A stretch of DNA of 64,000 nucleotides, taken from the NCBI GenBank assembly GCA_951406725.2, contig OX597835.1:9362001-9426000 (forward strand), written 5' to 3'. A model generated the notes under the pieces. It ran no database searches, was not told where the DNA came from, and saw only the letters and a list, made by a program, of their open reading frames with translations. Positions 24,009-38,139 of the stretch are shown piece after piece; within the stretch, counting starts at the first letter, position 1, and every line of letters starts with the position of its first letter. The stretch is from Octopus vulgaris (lineage: Eukaryota). The position numbers and the translations under genes were made by a program.

Positions 24009-24399
24009 ATTATCATCATCATCATCATCATCTTTATTATTGTTATTAAGTAGGACACCAATTGATCAAGTTTACAGTTTTTTTTTCTCTTCACATGCTC
24101 CTTTTCTTTGTGGCCTAACCTAAAAAAAACAAAAAACCTTGGCAACGTTTCCCCGATTAAGTCAAGTTTCTGACGTCACCAAATAGAATCAGGAAGTGAA
24201 TATCATGGAAGAAAGAGCCGTACAGATGGTGGTCTGCGGATGATGATAATTGTGGTGACGATAATTAATGATGACAATGATGATGTGATGATGACGGTGA
24301 AGATGATGGTCCTGATGGCCATGATGATAACGATCAGGATGCTGATGAATGAAAGATATGCGATCATGAAAACGAGAGAACCAAGACGAAAATACTCAA

Positions 24400-24400
<1 letters not shown>

Positions 24401-24452
<52 letters not shown>

Positions 24453-24460
24453 CATCATCA

Positions 24461-24527
<67 letters not shown>

Positions 24528-24738
24528 TAATATTACTATTAATATTATTATCATCCTCATCATCATCGTCATCATCATCATCATCATTATTATTGTTATT
24601 GCCGTTACTGTAATTGTTGTTGTTGTGGTGGTAGTGGTGGGCGTGATTGTTATTCTTCTTACCACCACTACTATTATTATTATTATTAGTAGTAGTAGTA
24701 GTAGTAGTAGTAGTTATTATTATTATTATTATTATTAT

Positions 24739-24792
<54 letters not shown>

Positions 24793-24793
24793 A
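24401..24793. repeat. (ATT)n/(ATC)n/(AGT)n compound microsatellite
   Basis: Direct reading. Confidence 0.95.
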
Positions 24794-25134
24794 ATTCCTT
24801 TTGGTTTTTGAATTGATGTATAAAGTTGCAGGCAATTAAAGATTTAATTTTTTTTTTTTTTTTTTTTACATCTTGATGAAACATTTTGCTCCTCCTGTTG
24901 GCGCCCTGCTGGCATACAAAGGAAACCTTTCAAGCATAGTATTGAATAGGCTCTGGCGGCAATAATAAAATCTTTTTATCATCATCATCATGATCATCAT
25001 CATCTTCCCCGTCATCATCATCATCATCATCATCGTCATCATTATCGTCATCGTCATCATTATTATCTTTATTATCATTTGTGTTGTCTTTGCCATTATT
25101 TTTTTTTCTTACTGCTGTTTGTAATTATCGTTAT

Positions 25135-25335
25135 TGCAGCGAACTGGCAGAACCGTTCGAAAGTCGGACGAAATGCTTCGCGGCGTATCTTCCGTCTTCC
25201 CGTTCTGCGTTCAAATTCCCTTGAAGTAAGCTCTTCCTTTCAACATTTCAATATTTATAAAATAAAGACTCACTGGCTTCAATGTAACCGACTTACACCC
25301 CATCCAAAACTTCATGCCTTGTGCCTAGAGTACAA
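25135..25335 (+). mobile_element. SINE family A, degraded, with alternative tail (GCCTTGTGCCTA)
   Basis: GCGAACTGGCAGAACCGTT..GAAATGCTT.GCGG.GTAT..GTTCTG.GTTCAAATTCC. Confidence 0.7.
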
Positions 25336-25373
25336 ACGAGCCAATGCCTGGTACTGCGTCAGGGCATTTCACA

Positions 25374-25453
<80 letters not shown>

Positions 25454-25520
25454 TAATAATAATAATAATAATTATTATTATTATTATTACCATTATTATT
25501 ATTTATAATAATAATAATAT

Positions 25521-25598
<78 letters not shown>

Positions 25599-25600
25599 TG

Positions 25601-25653
<53 letters not shown>
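25374..25653. repeat. (AAT)/(ATT)/(AGT)n microsatellite with strand switches
   Basis: Direct reading. Confidence 0.95.
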
Positions 25654-26155
25654 CGTCCATTAGACGTTAATGACTTGTGTGATGCCTTACAACTTCAATA
25701 TCACAGATCGCCCAGGAGGGGAGGGAGAGGCGGAGGTGGAAGTGGGCAGCAGCAGCAGCTGCAGTGGCGGCGGCATCAGGGATCAAGAATTAGAAGAGTA
25801 AGGGTAATGGACGGAAAGGATGGAGAAGTGTCAGTCATGCTGACCATAAATGCATGAGGAAAAGAGAGAATTTATAGAGAAAAAGGAAGTGAAGTAGTGT
25901 AGTTAATAATGTTTCCATTTGGCGCTGCTTCGCTGGAGCTTCCTGTAACTGAAGCCCTCTTGACATACAAGTTAACCTAAACAATATCTGCCCTTGTTCT
26001 GCGGCTAAATTACATGTTTGAGCTGTAATCTTATCTTCGCCTCTTCATAAGTAGAAACGCACAAGGAAACAGTGTCAAACACACATTTACGTACACGCAG
26101 GCATACATAAATACATATCTATCTATATCTATAAATTCCTATGTACGTGTGTGTA

Positions 26156-26203
<48 letters not shown>

Positions 26204-26253
26204 CACACACACATATATATATATATACACACACACACACATATATATACGTA

Positions 26254-26254
26254 T

Positions 26255-26344
<90 letters not shown>

Positions 26345-26421
26345 GATAGATAGAGATAGAAGACAGATAGATAGATAGATAGACAGATAGATACATAGAT
26401 ACATAGATAGATAGATAGATG

Positions 26422-26484
<63 letters not shown>

Positions 26485-26545
26485 GGATAGAAAGACAGAT
26501 AGATAGATAGATAGACAGATAGATACATAGATACATAGATAGATT

Positions 26546-26577
<32 letters not shown>

Positions 26578-26602
26578 CATACATATATAGATAGATAGAT
26601 AC

Positions 26603-26696
<94 letters not shown>
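26254..26696. repeat. ~440-bp (GATA)n array with internal higher-order duplication
   Basis: The variant block AAGACAGATAG..GACAGATAGATACATAGATACAT recurs at ~26360 and ~26492. Confidence 0.95.
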
Positions 26697-27497
26697 GTGT
26701 GCGTACGTTCACTCGTGATCTGTCATAGAGCGAAAAATGCTTTCAATATTATTAAGTAGAATGAACTAGCATTTATTCAAAGGTGAAGCAGCGTGCATCG
26801 CTATGCCGAGTTCACATATAAGTTTGTGTGTGCGTATTTGGGTGTTTGTGTGTGTGCGTGTGACTGCGTACGCGTGCGTGAGGGGATGAACAAGATATGT
26901 TTGTATAACTTTGTATAAATACCAAAATGCAATTTAGATATGAATTACTACAAGTGTCCTCGTACTCGTATAACATAGTAATAAGATGGCCCTTTATAGC
27001 GTGCCATGTACAAAACTGTGATCGATGCGCCAGAGAGTGTTTGATATAATATCCTAGCATAAAAACTAAAGCAGTTCACAGATGTGAAATCTTGTTTCTA
27101 TTAAATTACACTTACCTCTGTAGTGGTTCGATGCCATTTCTTCCAATCTTATTATAAACACTACAGTTGGAATTTCCCACCTTTTCAAAGAAAGTCTGTT
27201 TACACTGGAACCACTAGAAACATTTCTGCTGCAATATAAACTAAGTCAGCTTCCTGTCTTCACTATGGAACTAAAGCTGCTACGTTTCCATTTAAGACAT
27301 GTTAGGTACGTGCATGTTTGTGTGAGAGTATGTGTGTAACCCTTTCAGCTCCCTGTAACTTAAAGTTTGGAAGGTTCATGGAACTCATTCGGTTCCACGT
27401 ATCTGATGAGGTAGATTCGTTCTACGACCCTACGACACTTGAACTTTCTTGGACCCGAATCAAGCTGTTATTAACTAATATGATGCAACTCCAACCA

Positions 27498-28150
27498 AGT
27501 AAAGCTACAAAGTTGACTAGTTACGTATCGATCTTGAAAGATAACGAAACACCGCATGTGATTGAATGGAAAGTAATTGAGAAATCCATACCTTCTGTGA
27601 ATAGACTGAATAAATGTAGGTTTTGCTTAGCTGAAAGATCGCAGATCCTGTTCAGATTTAAGATGCCTAACATTCTATGGAACTCCAGGTCAGAAATTTT
27701 CAGTGGTTGCTGGCATATGTATAAATACATATTGAAGGACTGGAAAAAACCACCTATTTCTGACCAAATTGATGTTTCCAGCCTTATCATTTAAGGTCTA
27801 AGGGAGATAACTCCTTTACCTTTTTACTTTTGATATTGTACTTTTTATTTTTACATTTTAGTTTTTTGATTTTCGTTTTCCGTTTGTCGTTTTTCGTTTT
27901 CTTTTTGTTTGGACTTGCTGCATTTTCTATATGCTGCCTTCTCATTTTATTCCATGTTTCTTCTCTCATTTCATCTTTTTAGTTCGCTATGATATGTGGT
28001 TTGTGCCTGAAGAATGTTTGAGTATTTCTCAACATATGATACAACTAGTAGCGCTTAAATGCATGAATTGTGTAATTTAAAAATATATTTATCTCTCACC
28101 AGACGGAGTACGTGTTGAATTTTTTTTACCACGGAACAGTACATTATACA
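27498..28150 (+). mobile_element. Penelope-like element (Naiad-type) 3' end: GIY-YIG C-terminus, 3'UTR, hammerhead, then (TA)n
   Basis: ATKLTSYVSILKDNETPHVIEWKVIEKSIPSVNRLNKCRFCLAERSQIL...NSRSEIFSGCWH matches T.LS.Y.W.LK.....I.W.I.....Y......C.LCL.EK..I.....LN.RSE....CRH. Confidence 0.8.
28003..28054 (+). ncRNA. Type-I hammerhead ribozyme-like motif, degenerate
   Basis: GTGC-CTGAAGA-ATGTTTGAG(TATTT)CTCAACAT-AT-GATA-CAACTAG-TA-GCGC: intact CUGAAGA, long stem II, GAUA in place of GAAA. Confidence 0.55.
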
Positions 28151-28152
28151 TT

Positions 28153-28199
<47 letters not shown>

Positions 28200-28317
28200 A
28201 TAATATCAAAGGTAATAAGAAATATTAGAAATTTCTACTACCAGTGGCCTAGCGTGTAAAACAATTTAGTCAACAGAGTATATATTATTCATATAAATGC
28301 AGTGTACATTTAAACGT

Positions 28318-28391
28318 ATAAGAAGCATCCATCATAGGAATATAACTGTTCTTTCTAGCGTGCAAGGTGTCCTATGATGAATGCCTCTTAT
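28318..28391. repeat. 22-bp imperfect inverted repeat in TA-rich context
   Basis: ATAAGAAGCATCCATCATAGGA / TCCTATGATGAATGCCTCTTAT (2 mismatches). Confidence 0.75.
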
Positions 28392-29200
28392 GTGTTATAT
28401 ATATATAAAGGAAATTAATAAAAATAGATATCGTATATCGTATATGACAAACAGAAAAGCATTCAAACATACCTCCAATCCATTTGTATGTGCTTCTTCA
28501 TAATGGATTGTATGAAATAAGGAATCCCAAGTTACTTTTCGATGCACCAAAACTAATTGGTAACACAACATTAGATATGTTCAAGTAAGCGAATTGAGTC
28601 TTGACTACTGAGTCCAGACATAAAGTCTATCACGCGTGCATGAGTTTCCCATCTTTAATCTTACTTTTTTCTGCTATATATGACTGCAAACTCTTGGGAA
28701 ACTTTTCTTCTTTCCAACATCAAGGCTAGTGGAATATCGGTAAAAAATTCCTCTTGATCATATATATTCATTATTAATTAAACAGGTAGAATATTTAATC
28801 AACATTGGTCAACGCAAAACTGTTGGTACTCTTTACTGTAGTGGCCAGAGCATTCCTATAACCAGAGAACAGAATCATATCCCAGGTGTTTGCGCTAGTA
28901 GCTGACCTATGACGCTATATCAGTCATTATTTATTCATACATGAGGTGTATATAATGCTGAAACACGAACAGTATTGTAGCTGTGTCTCTTCTAATTAAG
29001 TTTTCGAAACATTAGGTAGAATCTTAATGAAGTCACATAACGGTCATTTAAATCTGGAGAATGGCTTGCACACACATTGATATTTAAACGTAGAGAAGTT
29101 GCAGCCTAAACACACACTCATACGTACAGACATCCATACTAACATGTACATCCATTCAAACACCCACGCACCCATGTATATAAGTATGTATCATATATAT

Positions 29201-29254
<54 letters not shown>

Positions 29255-29282
29255 GTACAAAGATAGGCAGAGATTTTCTTTT

Positions 29283-29493
29283 TTCTTTTACTTATTTCAG
29301 TCAGTTGACTGTGGCCAAGCTGGAGCAACGCCTTTAGTCGGACAATTCGATCCCAGTACTTATTCTTTGTAAGCCTAGTACTTATTCTATCGGTTACTTT
29401 TGCTGAAGCGCTAATTCACGAGGACGTACACACACCAACAACGGTTGTCAAGAGATGGTGGAGAGATAAACACGAACACACAAACATACAAGC

Positions 29494-29537
<44 letters not shown>

Positions 29538-29700
29538 GACGGGCCTCTTTCAGTTACCGCCTACCAGATACACTCACAAGTCTTTGGAAGGCCCAAGGCT
29601 ATAACAGAAGAAATTTACCGAAGGCGTCACGCAATGGGACTGAACCTGGAGCCATGTCGTTGGTAAGCAAGCTACTTACCACACATCCACTCTTGCGCCT
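29283..29700 (-). mobile_element. SINE family B, full length with internal (TA)/(TG) tract
   Basis: Head at 29700 (GGCGCAAGAGTGG.TGTGTGGTAAGTAGCTTGCTTACC), CORE-like body, tail ..TGCTCCAGC.TGGCC.CAGTCAA.TGACTGAAA. Confidence 0.9.
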
Positions 29701-29834
29701 GATATATAAGATATATAGAAATTTGTAAATATGCGTGTACGTTCGTTTGTACGTGTACATTTACACACCGAGAGACAAAAAACACGCATACACACACACA
29801 CACACACACACAACACACACACACACACAAACAA

Positions 29835-29866
<32 letters not shown>

Positions 29867-30241
29867 GTGTGTGTGTATATATATATGAATATGTATGTAT
29901 ATATGTATGTATGCATGTATACATATATGTATATATATAAATTCTGTGTTACTACGTATTGTTCCTACGCAGGTATGTAAGTGTGTATTCTTGTGTGTGT
30001 GTGTGTTTGAGTGCGTATGTGTGTGTGTATTTGTATGTGTGTGTGTGTTTGTAGGTGTTTGTCTGTGCTAACGGAATCACGTATATTTACAAATTACTAT
30101 ATATCTTTATATCAATATATCTCTGTCTTTCCCTCCCTCTCTCACGCTCTCTCTCCCTCTCCCTCTCCCTCTCTTTTTACATATATGATACAAACTTATA
30201 TACATGTGTGTGTCAATGTGTTTCAATGCATGTACATGTTA

Positions 30242-30382
30242 TAAGGTTGTCCCAAAAGTTCGTAGAAAGTCTTGGAAAATAATGGTCTTTATTTTGAGGA
30301 ATAAATTTTGTTGTTTTTGTTAGTACTTGGCGAGTAAAAATTCAATTTTCGCAAGTGTTTACGAACTTTTGGGACAACCTAA
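30242..30382. mobile_element. Tc1/mariner-type MITE
   Basis: TA|TAAGGTTGTCCCAAAAGTTCGTA ... TACGAACTTTTGGGACAACCTAA|TA: ~23-bp TIRs resembling mariner ends, TA target duplication. Confidence 0.85.
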
Positions 30383-31584
30383 TAGTATATATGTTTGTAC
30401 GTATGAGCGTGTGTTTAGATTGCAGCGAATCTACAGCATCATGTAACCGTGAATAGCCACAACCTCAATAAACCTTTTCCATTTACAGTTCTGATGCGAG
30501 TTGAAATTTTAAAGCAATATGTTACTGCGCAATTCGCATATAACAGGATATCAGAATTAACAAGTGTTGCTGAAGCTTGGCTCGCTTGCTCCTCTATTTC
30601 TTCTTTTCCTTTATTATGAGATCTGAATTAAATAAATTGTAAATGTTGAAATATTAAATATCTGCATAAGAAATCCATAAACATAATGGAATTTAATTTT
30701 CGCTCTTCACCGTATTTATAATTAGAAATTGCTCTGAGAGTATTACAGAGAATTAAAATATTGCTGAGTGTATTGATCCTCAATATTTCATAATGAATAT
30801 TGAGTATTTAATAAATCAGTATTCAAGTAGTTCTAATAGAAAAGAACCGTATTCTCAACTCTGTAGGAATTCAAATCCAGACGCGTTTTTGTTTTAGCCG
30901 AATTCATTATGAGTTGGTAAATGATTATCGAAAATTCTAGTAATGTTCTTATACTTCATATCTATGAAGTATAAGAACATCCTAGGAGAGACAATGGAAA
31001 CCAGGAAATCCATTCCGTTTCTCATACAAGATACATCTGCAACTGAGGAGTTAAAAAATTTAATTTACAACACTGTGGTTTTGAGTTCAATCCTCTTACA
31101 CAGCACCATGGCCAATTGTCTTCTACCAAAGCTCTGCATTAACCAATGTGTTTGGAATAAAATTTGGTTAATGAGAGTATTGTGAAAGTGCCTCGGATGT
31201 GTTCCTTCCGTTTTCAGTTGTTCGAGTTAATTCCGCTTAATTCTGCTTAACACCAACGAATCTATCCGAGGCGGACTTTCGCAAAATTGGGTTTATTATC
31301 ATTAAAGAATAAACTGTGTAAAGATGGAGGCTGTACATTATCCTTTGTTCGACGAAAAATAACAATAATATTTTTTTTTATTTAAAGCCGATAAAACAAA
31401 TGGAAATATATCTTGTAACATGTAATACAAGATGAACTCTGTCTGACTGTACAAGGTGGTCATGTTTAGAGAGTCTTTGTATGTAGGTTCTGGTTTGACA
31501 AAGAATAATCTACGATAAACAATGCAAAAACGATTTTAGTTTCTTTTGCTTGTTAACATTTCGGAATATTTCAGGTGAGGGTCA

Positions 31585-31990
31585 TAAGGGCCGATGTGGT
31601 TTATATCGACAGTGGAATATATTCAGGTGCTAGAATAGGGCGAGTTCCAATTGTGGATGAATCCCATCGAACGAATTCAAGTTCTAGCTATTATATCCGT
31701 TTACACGTAGAATATATGTATTACTGTATTATCAGGCAACCGAGATTTCTTAGTCAGGAGATGAAGAAAGACGTCCGGAAGAATATTGCGATAACCGGAA
31801 AGATTGAAGTGAAAAAGAAACAGAGGAGGGAGACGGATGATGTGGATTTCAAGCTTGGCGAAGTGGACGGACGAAAGAGGCATTAAACATCAGGATGTGG
31901 AACTGTTATAGGAAACGAAGGACAGAGAGTGGCGGCGGGACATGATTGCTATTGTCCTACGTAATGGGCATGACAACAGAAGAAGAAAAA
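31585..31990 (+). mobile_element. RTE (BovB-like) LINE 3' end, decayed
   Basis: RQPRFLSQEMKKD..NIAITGKIEVKK (cf. RQL.FLGH.MRK...LE...TGKIEGKR), then WISSLAKW...KDREWRR..MIA.VL..GH and a short (AGA)n tail. Confidence 0.7.
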
Positions 31991-32612
31991 GATGTACCAT
32001 GTATTGAGTGCGTCTTCGTTTGCTATTAAATAACGTATACACATACACATTGTTTATGAAAACAATATTTGGAATTCGATTAATTTGGCTTTCACTCCGA
32101 AGGCAGGTGTCTTTATGCTGATAGGTGGAATCTTTTAATCGTTTGTATTTGTAGATGTGCATGTGAGTGTGTGTATATATCACTGGAGACCAACTGAATA
32201 TAATCGAATGGATCATATTGGCTTAAACATTTCAAATTGATATCTCTTTCTTAATCAACCGACATTTCACCTTTTGCAGCTGTTGTTCAAGTAAAGCATT
32301 TACATTTAAACAATTTCTAAGAATCACAGAGCCATATATAATTCCAGTCCTAAACATTTGTTTTCACAGAGTTAATCCCACAAGACGCAAATCTCTCTTT
32401 GCTTTCAACATTTGTAGATCCTCTTGCTGTTTAGCGTTGGCCTTCTCAATTGACACATGGCCTCAAATAAGGTGACCTACCATACACATAGATATAAATT
32501 TGTGTATGTGTGTGCGTGTATGTGCGTGTGTGTTTGCGAGTAAAGACAGACTGACAACAATCGCATAGATGTAGGTACATTCACATACAAGGCAAAGAAA
32601 TGTATATATATT

Positions 32613-32816
32613 TTTTCTTTCATTTGTTTCAGTCATTTGACTGCGGCCATGCTGGAGCACCGCCCTTAGTCGGGCAAATCTACCCCATGACTTATTCTTT
32701 GCAAGCTTAGTACTTATTCTATCGCTCCCTTTTGCCGAAATGCTAATTTACGGGGACGTAAACATACCAGCATTGGTTTTCAAGCGATGCTGGGAGGTAC
32801 AAACACAGACAAACAA

Positions 32817-32888
<72 letters not shown>

Positions 32889-33041
32889 TATGTATGTATA
32901 CGACGGGCTTCCTTCAGTTTCCATCTACCAAATCCACTCACATGGTTTTGGTCAGCCTGAGACTATAGTAGAACACACTTGCCCAATGTGCCACGTAGTG
33001 GGACTGAACCCGGAACCACTTATCACACAGCCACTCCTGCG
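32613..33041 (-). mobile_element. SINE family B, near full length
   Basis: Same head, body and tail as 29283-29700, with an internal (CA)(TA) tract. Confidence 0.9.
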
Positions 33042-34220
33042 CTATATATGTATGTATGTGTGTGTGTGTGTGTGCGTGTGTGTGTGTGTGTGTGTATGTG
33101 TGAACAGTGCCAAATTCGGGGTTACTCGACAGAGTCTTAAAAGAAGCTGGAGTCTATTTCATGCGCTCAGTAATCAGTTGGTGTTTTAAACCAGATACTG
33201 GGTTACGTCTACCAAACACAAACAGGATCACTCTCATAGATGGAGCTTCCTACTGTCTCCATATTTGAATGAGACTGTATGTGTTTGTGCTTTGTGTGCA
33301 TATACTACCGTGTGTATATTCTGCTACCTGCATATAATGCTGCGTGCACATAACACTGCGTCTTTTTATGTTTTGTGTACGCGCAAGCGAGTGAGTATGC
33401 GTATGAGGAACAATTCTCTTTCAAATATTGTTCGCAAGAGAAAATGGTGCTTTGAACATTATATTAGACGAAAATAAATCGTTGTTTTAGCAACGAAATG
33501 CCTATCCAATAAAACAGCAATATATCTTTGGGAAAATGTGTATTCTAGTTTGTCAGATTCGAAATATAAACTTGAAACAATAAAGAAATGTCCACCATAT
33601 ATATATTGGATATTAAAGACACATAAATAGCCAATCATCTGCTAGCTTATTGTTATAGTAAATTATTCTACCTCAATATCTCATACGTTTCAATTAATAA
33701 CTGATGAAATAGGAAAGTCGCAAAGTAAATGTAAATTATATGAATGGTAGAGACAATTGAACACAATATACTATTGCAAAACAGTTCTTATTGCTACTAA
33801 GATATCAAATAAGGAAAGTGGAACAAATGTCAAATAAATTCGCTTTGCGTTATATTACAATATGGTCCGTCTCCCGTAAGTGAAGAAACATATTGGGTCT
33901 TTTTTTTTTTTCTTTGTGTATTGTTTCTTTTTCATCGTCGCTACTGCTTTTGATGTTGCTTTGTCTCTGTAGGACAATGTATATGGACAGAACAGAACAA
34001 GGACGAATGGAAGCGCAGCAGCCGTGACAATTCTTATATTAGAAAAATAATATACATAAAACTACATCATCCAGCGACGTATTGGGGGGGATTTCATGAA
34101 GATTTTACCGATATTTTTATGGAGGTCCGGCACGAGATAGAAGTTCAAACGGCGGAAGTCGATAAAATCAACTGTTGTGAATGCATACATTTGTGTATGC
34201 TTACTTCTCCGTGCCTGCGT

Positions 34221-34336
34221 GTATATATATATATATATATATATATGTGTATATATATATATATATGTGTGTGTGTATAATATATATATATATGTGTGTG
34301 TATACAATATATACATATATATACATACATACATAC

Positions 34337-34410
<74 letters not shown>

Positions 34411-34497
34411 TATATACATATATACACACATATATATATGTGTGTGTGTCTGTGTATTTACATATATATATATATATATATATCAACATACATATAT
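34221..34497. repeat. (TA)n-rich microsatellite block
   Basis: Direct reading. Confidence 0.95.
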
Positions 34498-35473
34498 GTC
34501 TCATTTAACGGTTTCCAACAAGCCATATTGGACCTCAACCATTGCCAAGTTGAGCTGAAATTTCTCTATAAAGCGAACCGAGTATTCGAACTCTTGTCAC
34601 AGATTAGACAGTTACGCAAGAACACCGACTTCCCCCATCTTACTCTACGTTTGAAAACCACAAAACTGTGAAACTGTGAAAAAGTGCTTCTTAAAGACAC
34701 CATTTGCAATTTCAGTTTAATTTCTTTACATCACGTATATACCTGCAGGCGCACAAATATATATATATATACATTCGTATATACATACATAACGTTTACT
34801 CATTTATTGTATATCGTACATGTGTAAGCTTTACGTCACTATCCAGTTACTTTTCACCGCGATAAACAATGGTGACTAAATGACAGAAGTTTATCAGACG
34901 AAGCAGAAATTTATTCCGAATATTTAACACTTCGGAAGTAATTAAGCTACTTGCATGAAAATTAGTTGATTATAATTAGACGCCAGATTGATTCTGCTCA
35001 AAATTTCTTTATAGAAATTCCAGTATAAGTTGTTTTTTTTTTACCAAAGAAGATTCTGAAGCAAATAATATTCAGTTCGAACATTTCCTAAACTGCTCAC
35101 GTAACATATTCCTAGATATGCATATAATAATACAGGCACAAAAATGTAAGGATATTAGCGAAGCAGACATGTCGATGAAATAAATATACGTCTATGTTCA
35201 TTTATATCCACTTTTGTTAAAAGAATACTTTTGTTAAAATCTTTGATTTGAAATCTAGTTTCATACTGCTTAGCTAACATCATTAAATATTTAGTAATAA
35301 AGAAAAGAAACCAAAGATAAAATAAACCAAAGTATTGGAAAAATATACTTTTATAACATATATATGACAATATAATTTACAGTCATTAGCGTTTCTTTGG
35401 AAATTTTGCTTTAGAATTCAGCTTTCATATCGATATTCGGATGTTCAAAAACATATAGACATAATACACACAC

Positions 35474-35504
<31 letters not shown>

Positions 35505-35681
35505 TATATATATATATATACATACATACATATACGTACATGTGTATGTGTGTGTCTGTGTGTATGTGTGAGAAGTTGAGTGTGTAAATACATATATATA
35601 TATAGATAAATGTATCCATATCTATGTAATTTCATATACATATTATGTACGTATATGTGCATATATATATATGTAAATATA

Positions 35682-35720
<39 letters not shown>

Positions 35721-35886
35721 ATAAGTATATGTATATATATATATATATATATACTATATATATAATTGATGTATATGTATGTGAGGTTATGTACATACGG
35801 ATATATATCTGAAGAGGAGCATATGCATAAAAACACATTTATATATTTTCTAGAGATACCAATCAACGCACACACAAACACATATG

Positions 35887-36048
<162 letters not shown>

Positions 36049-36396
36049 TGCATTGATATACAAGAATGTATGCAAAAATACATATTCATATATATATATA
36101 CAAACATACTTATATACATACATACGCACGCATATATTTCAAAACTCCATCTGGGAAAGCTTGATCGGTGTGTAAATATGTAGCATGTGACGAATACTGC
36201 AACAAATCCAGCAGATTAAACTCTTGAATGGATGCTTTTACATACTTCAGTCGACATAATGAGAAAGTTAATTCTTTTAACAATTGATGAATTAGAAAGA
36301 AATCTATAAAAAGTTCGCATTTTAAAAAGAAATTAATCTCCCAGTCTCGCTGTCTCGTTTCTTCTCCTCAATCAATCATCAGAATTCCAATAAACT

Positions 36397-36445
<49 letters not shown>

Positions 36446-36666
36446 TTCTTTCTCTTTCTCTCTCTCTCCCTCTCTCCCTCTCCCTTTTTCTCTCATTTGT
36501 TTTCCCTCAGTTCTATCACATCCTCAAATTTCACCATGTAAATGTTCGCTTATTACTCTTTCCATACATATCAGGTAAGAAGAGAAGAAATTTGATCAAA
36601 TGTAAATTGACACATACGCATGCGCACACACGCACATATCTAATGCCCACATATCTGCATATATCA

Positions 36667-36698
<32 letters not shown>

Positions 36699-36771
36699 AC
36701 ACACACACATATATATATATATCGTTGAGGTGTGTTCCGTTAAGAACGTATGACTGTACAAATAGAGCCCG

Positions 36772-36823
<52 letters not shown>

Positions 36824-36930
36824 TTACATGACGATATTATTGTTTGGAATATCAGTGACTTAGCATGCGTAAAAACCCATAACGATAAAAAATATCAATT
36901 CATAATGAAGGATAATCTCAATTACACACA

Positions 36931-36973
<43 letters not shown>

Positions 36974-37321
36974 TATATATTTTTATACAGAATATATAAA
37001 GTGTTGTCCACTGACGCAATGCATTAGTTTTACCACTAAAACTCCGGTTTGACTCCTAGCTGAACGCATGATGTTGAGACTGCTTAACAGAAGCGGCTAG
37101 AAGTGTATTTTCCTTGAGCAGTTAGATATAGGTTAAGGTGAATATGAAAAAGAAATCGTTTGGCATCACTTGAAAAAAAATTAATTTAGCAAGAGAATAT
37201 AGTTATATAGCGTTTGTTACCGCTCTTTCTAGAATAACAAAGCGCGTGATTCATTATATTGAGTAAGGATTCCATAGGCCGAGTATCAGATAGGGAGGAG
37301 TCAGAGAGATGTAAAAGCGAG

Positions 37322-37600
37322 GGAATATCGCTGATATTAGTGTTTTCCAGTTTGTCAAGAAGAAGAAGAAATGAAGAGAGTGTTGTTAGAAATAAGACTG
37401 GAGGCATCTGTATACATTTCCGTCAAGAAAGGCAGGATATAAATGAGACGGAGTAAAGGTGTGGAGATTATTGAGAAATTTGTTTATTTGACTTCAAAAT
37501 GTAAAACATTGGTGGCTGTATTTGGTCGATCACATCAGAGCATGGGCTGAATGGTATTGAGTCTGATAAGTGGTGAGATTTGGAACGTATTTATAAACGA
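37322..37600 (+). mobile_element. Highly decayed non-LTR reverse transcriptase remnant (RTE-like)
   Basis: Frameshifted YAD(D)-like TATCGCTGATATT, then EEEEMKRVLLEI...ISVKK, GVEIIEKFVYL, NIGGC, IRAW in the expected order. Confidence 0.4.
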
Positions 37601-38139
37601 TGAAATATTTCAAAGTAGATAAAAGAGAATTAAAGGTCAAAGTGCAATTCGTCTCATACTGATGAGGTCAACAGAGACAAAGAATCAAACGATAAGAATA
37701 ACGAAATGAAAGATAAAAGGGCATTTCCTTCTGAAACAGTCAGCTACTTACAGACGAAATTAAGAAGAACAAAGAACTATTCACCTTTAATCAATGAGGA
37801 TAAGGAATCAAAAGTACCACAAAGTCAAAGACAGATGAAATATGGAAACATCTTCAAGAAAATAGGAAATCTAACAGCAAAAATGATAAACTGGAAATTG
37901 AAAGAAAATGTGGCGTTTGAATAGCTTGAGTGAACATAGAGGAAGAACAAATTTAAATTCGAAACTCCTGAAAATTTTTGTTCAATTGGAACGGTAACAT
38001 TAGAACCCCAAATGATACCTTCAAAACCATTTACAAAATCGTTGAAAGGCAGTATATTAGAACTAAAGTAAAGCAAAAAATGCCATTCTTGTTTTCAAAA
38101 TGGTTGCCGTTGTAGGAATTGGATCTGATAATGATGCGA

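Noticed and set aside
24887-24914. CTCF-like motif (GCCAGCAGGGCGCCA)
   Set aside because: Core is two bases short of the consensus, and it is a single unsupported site.
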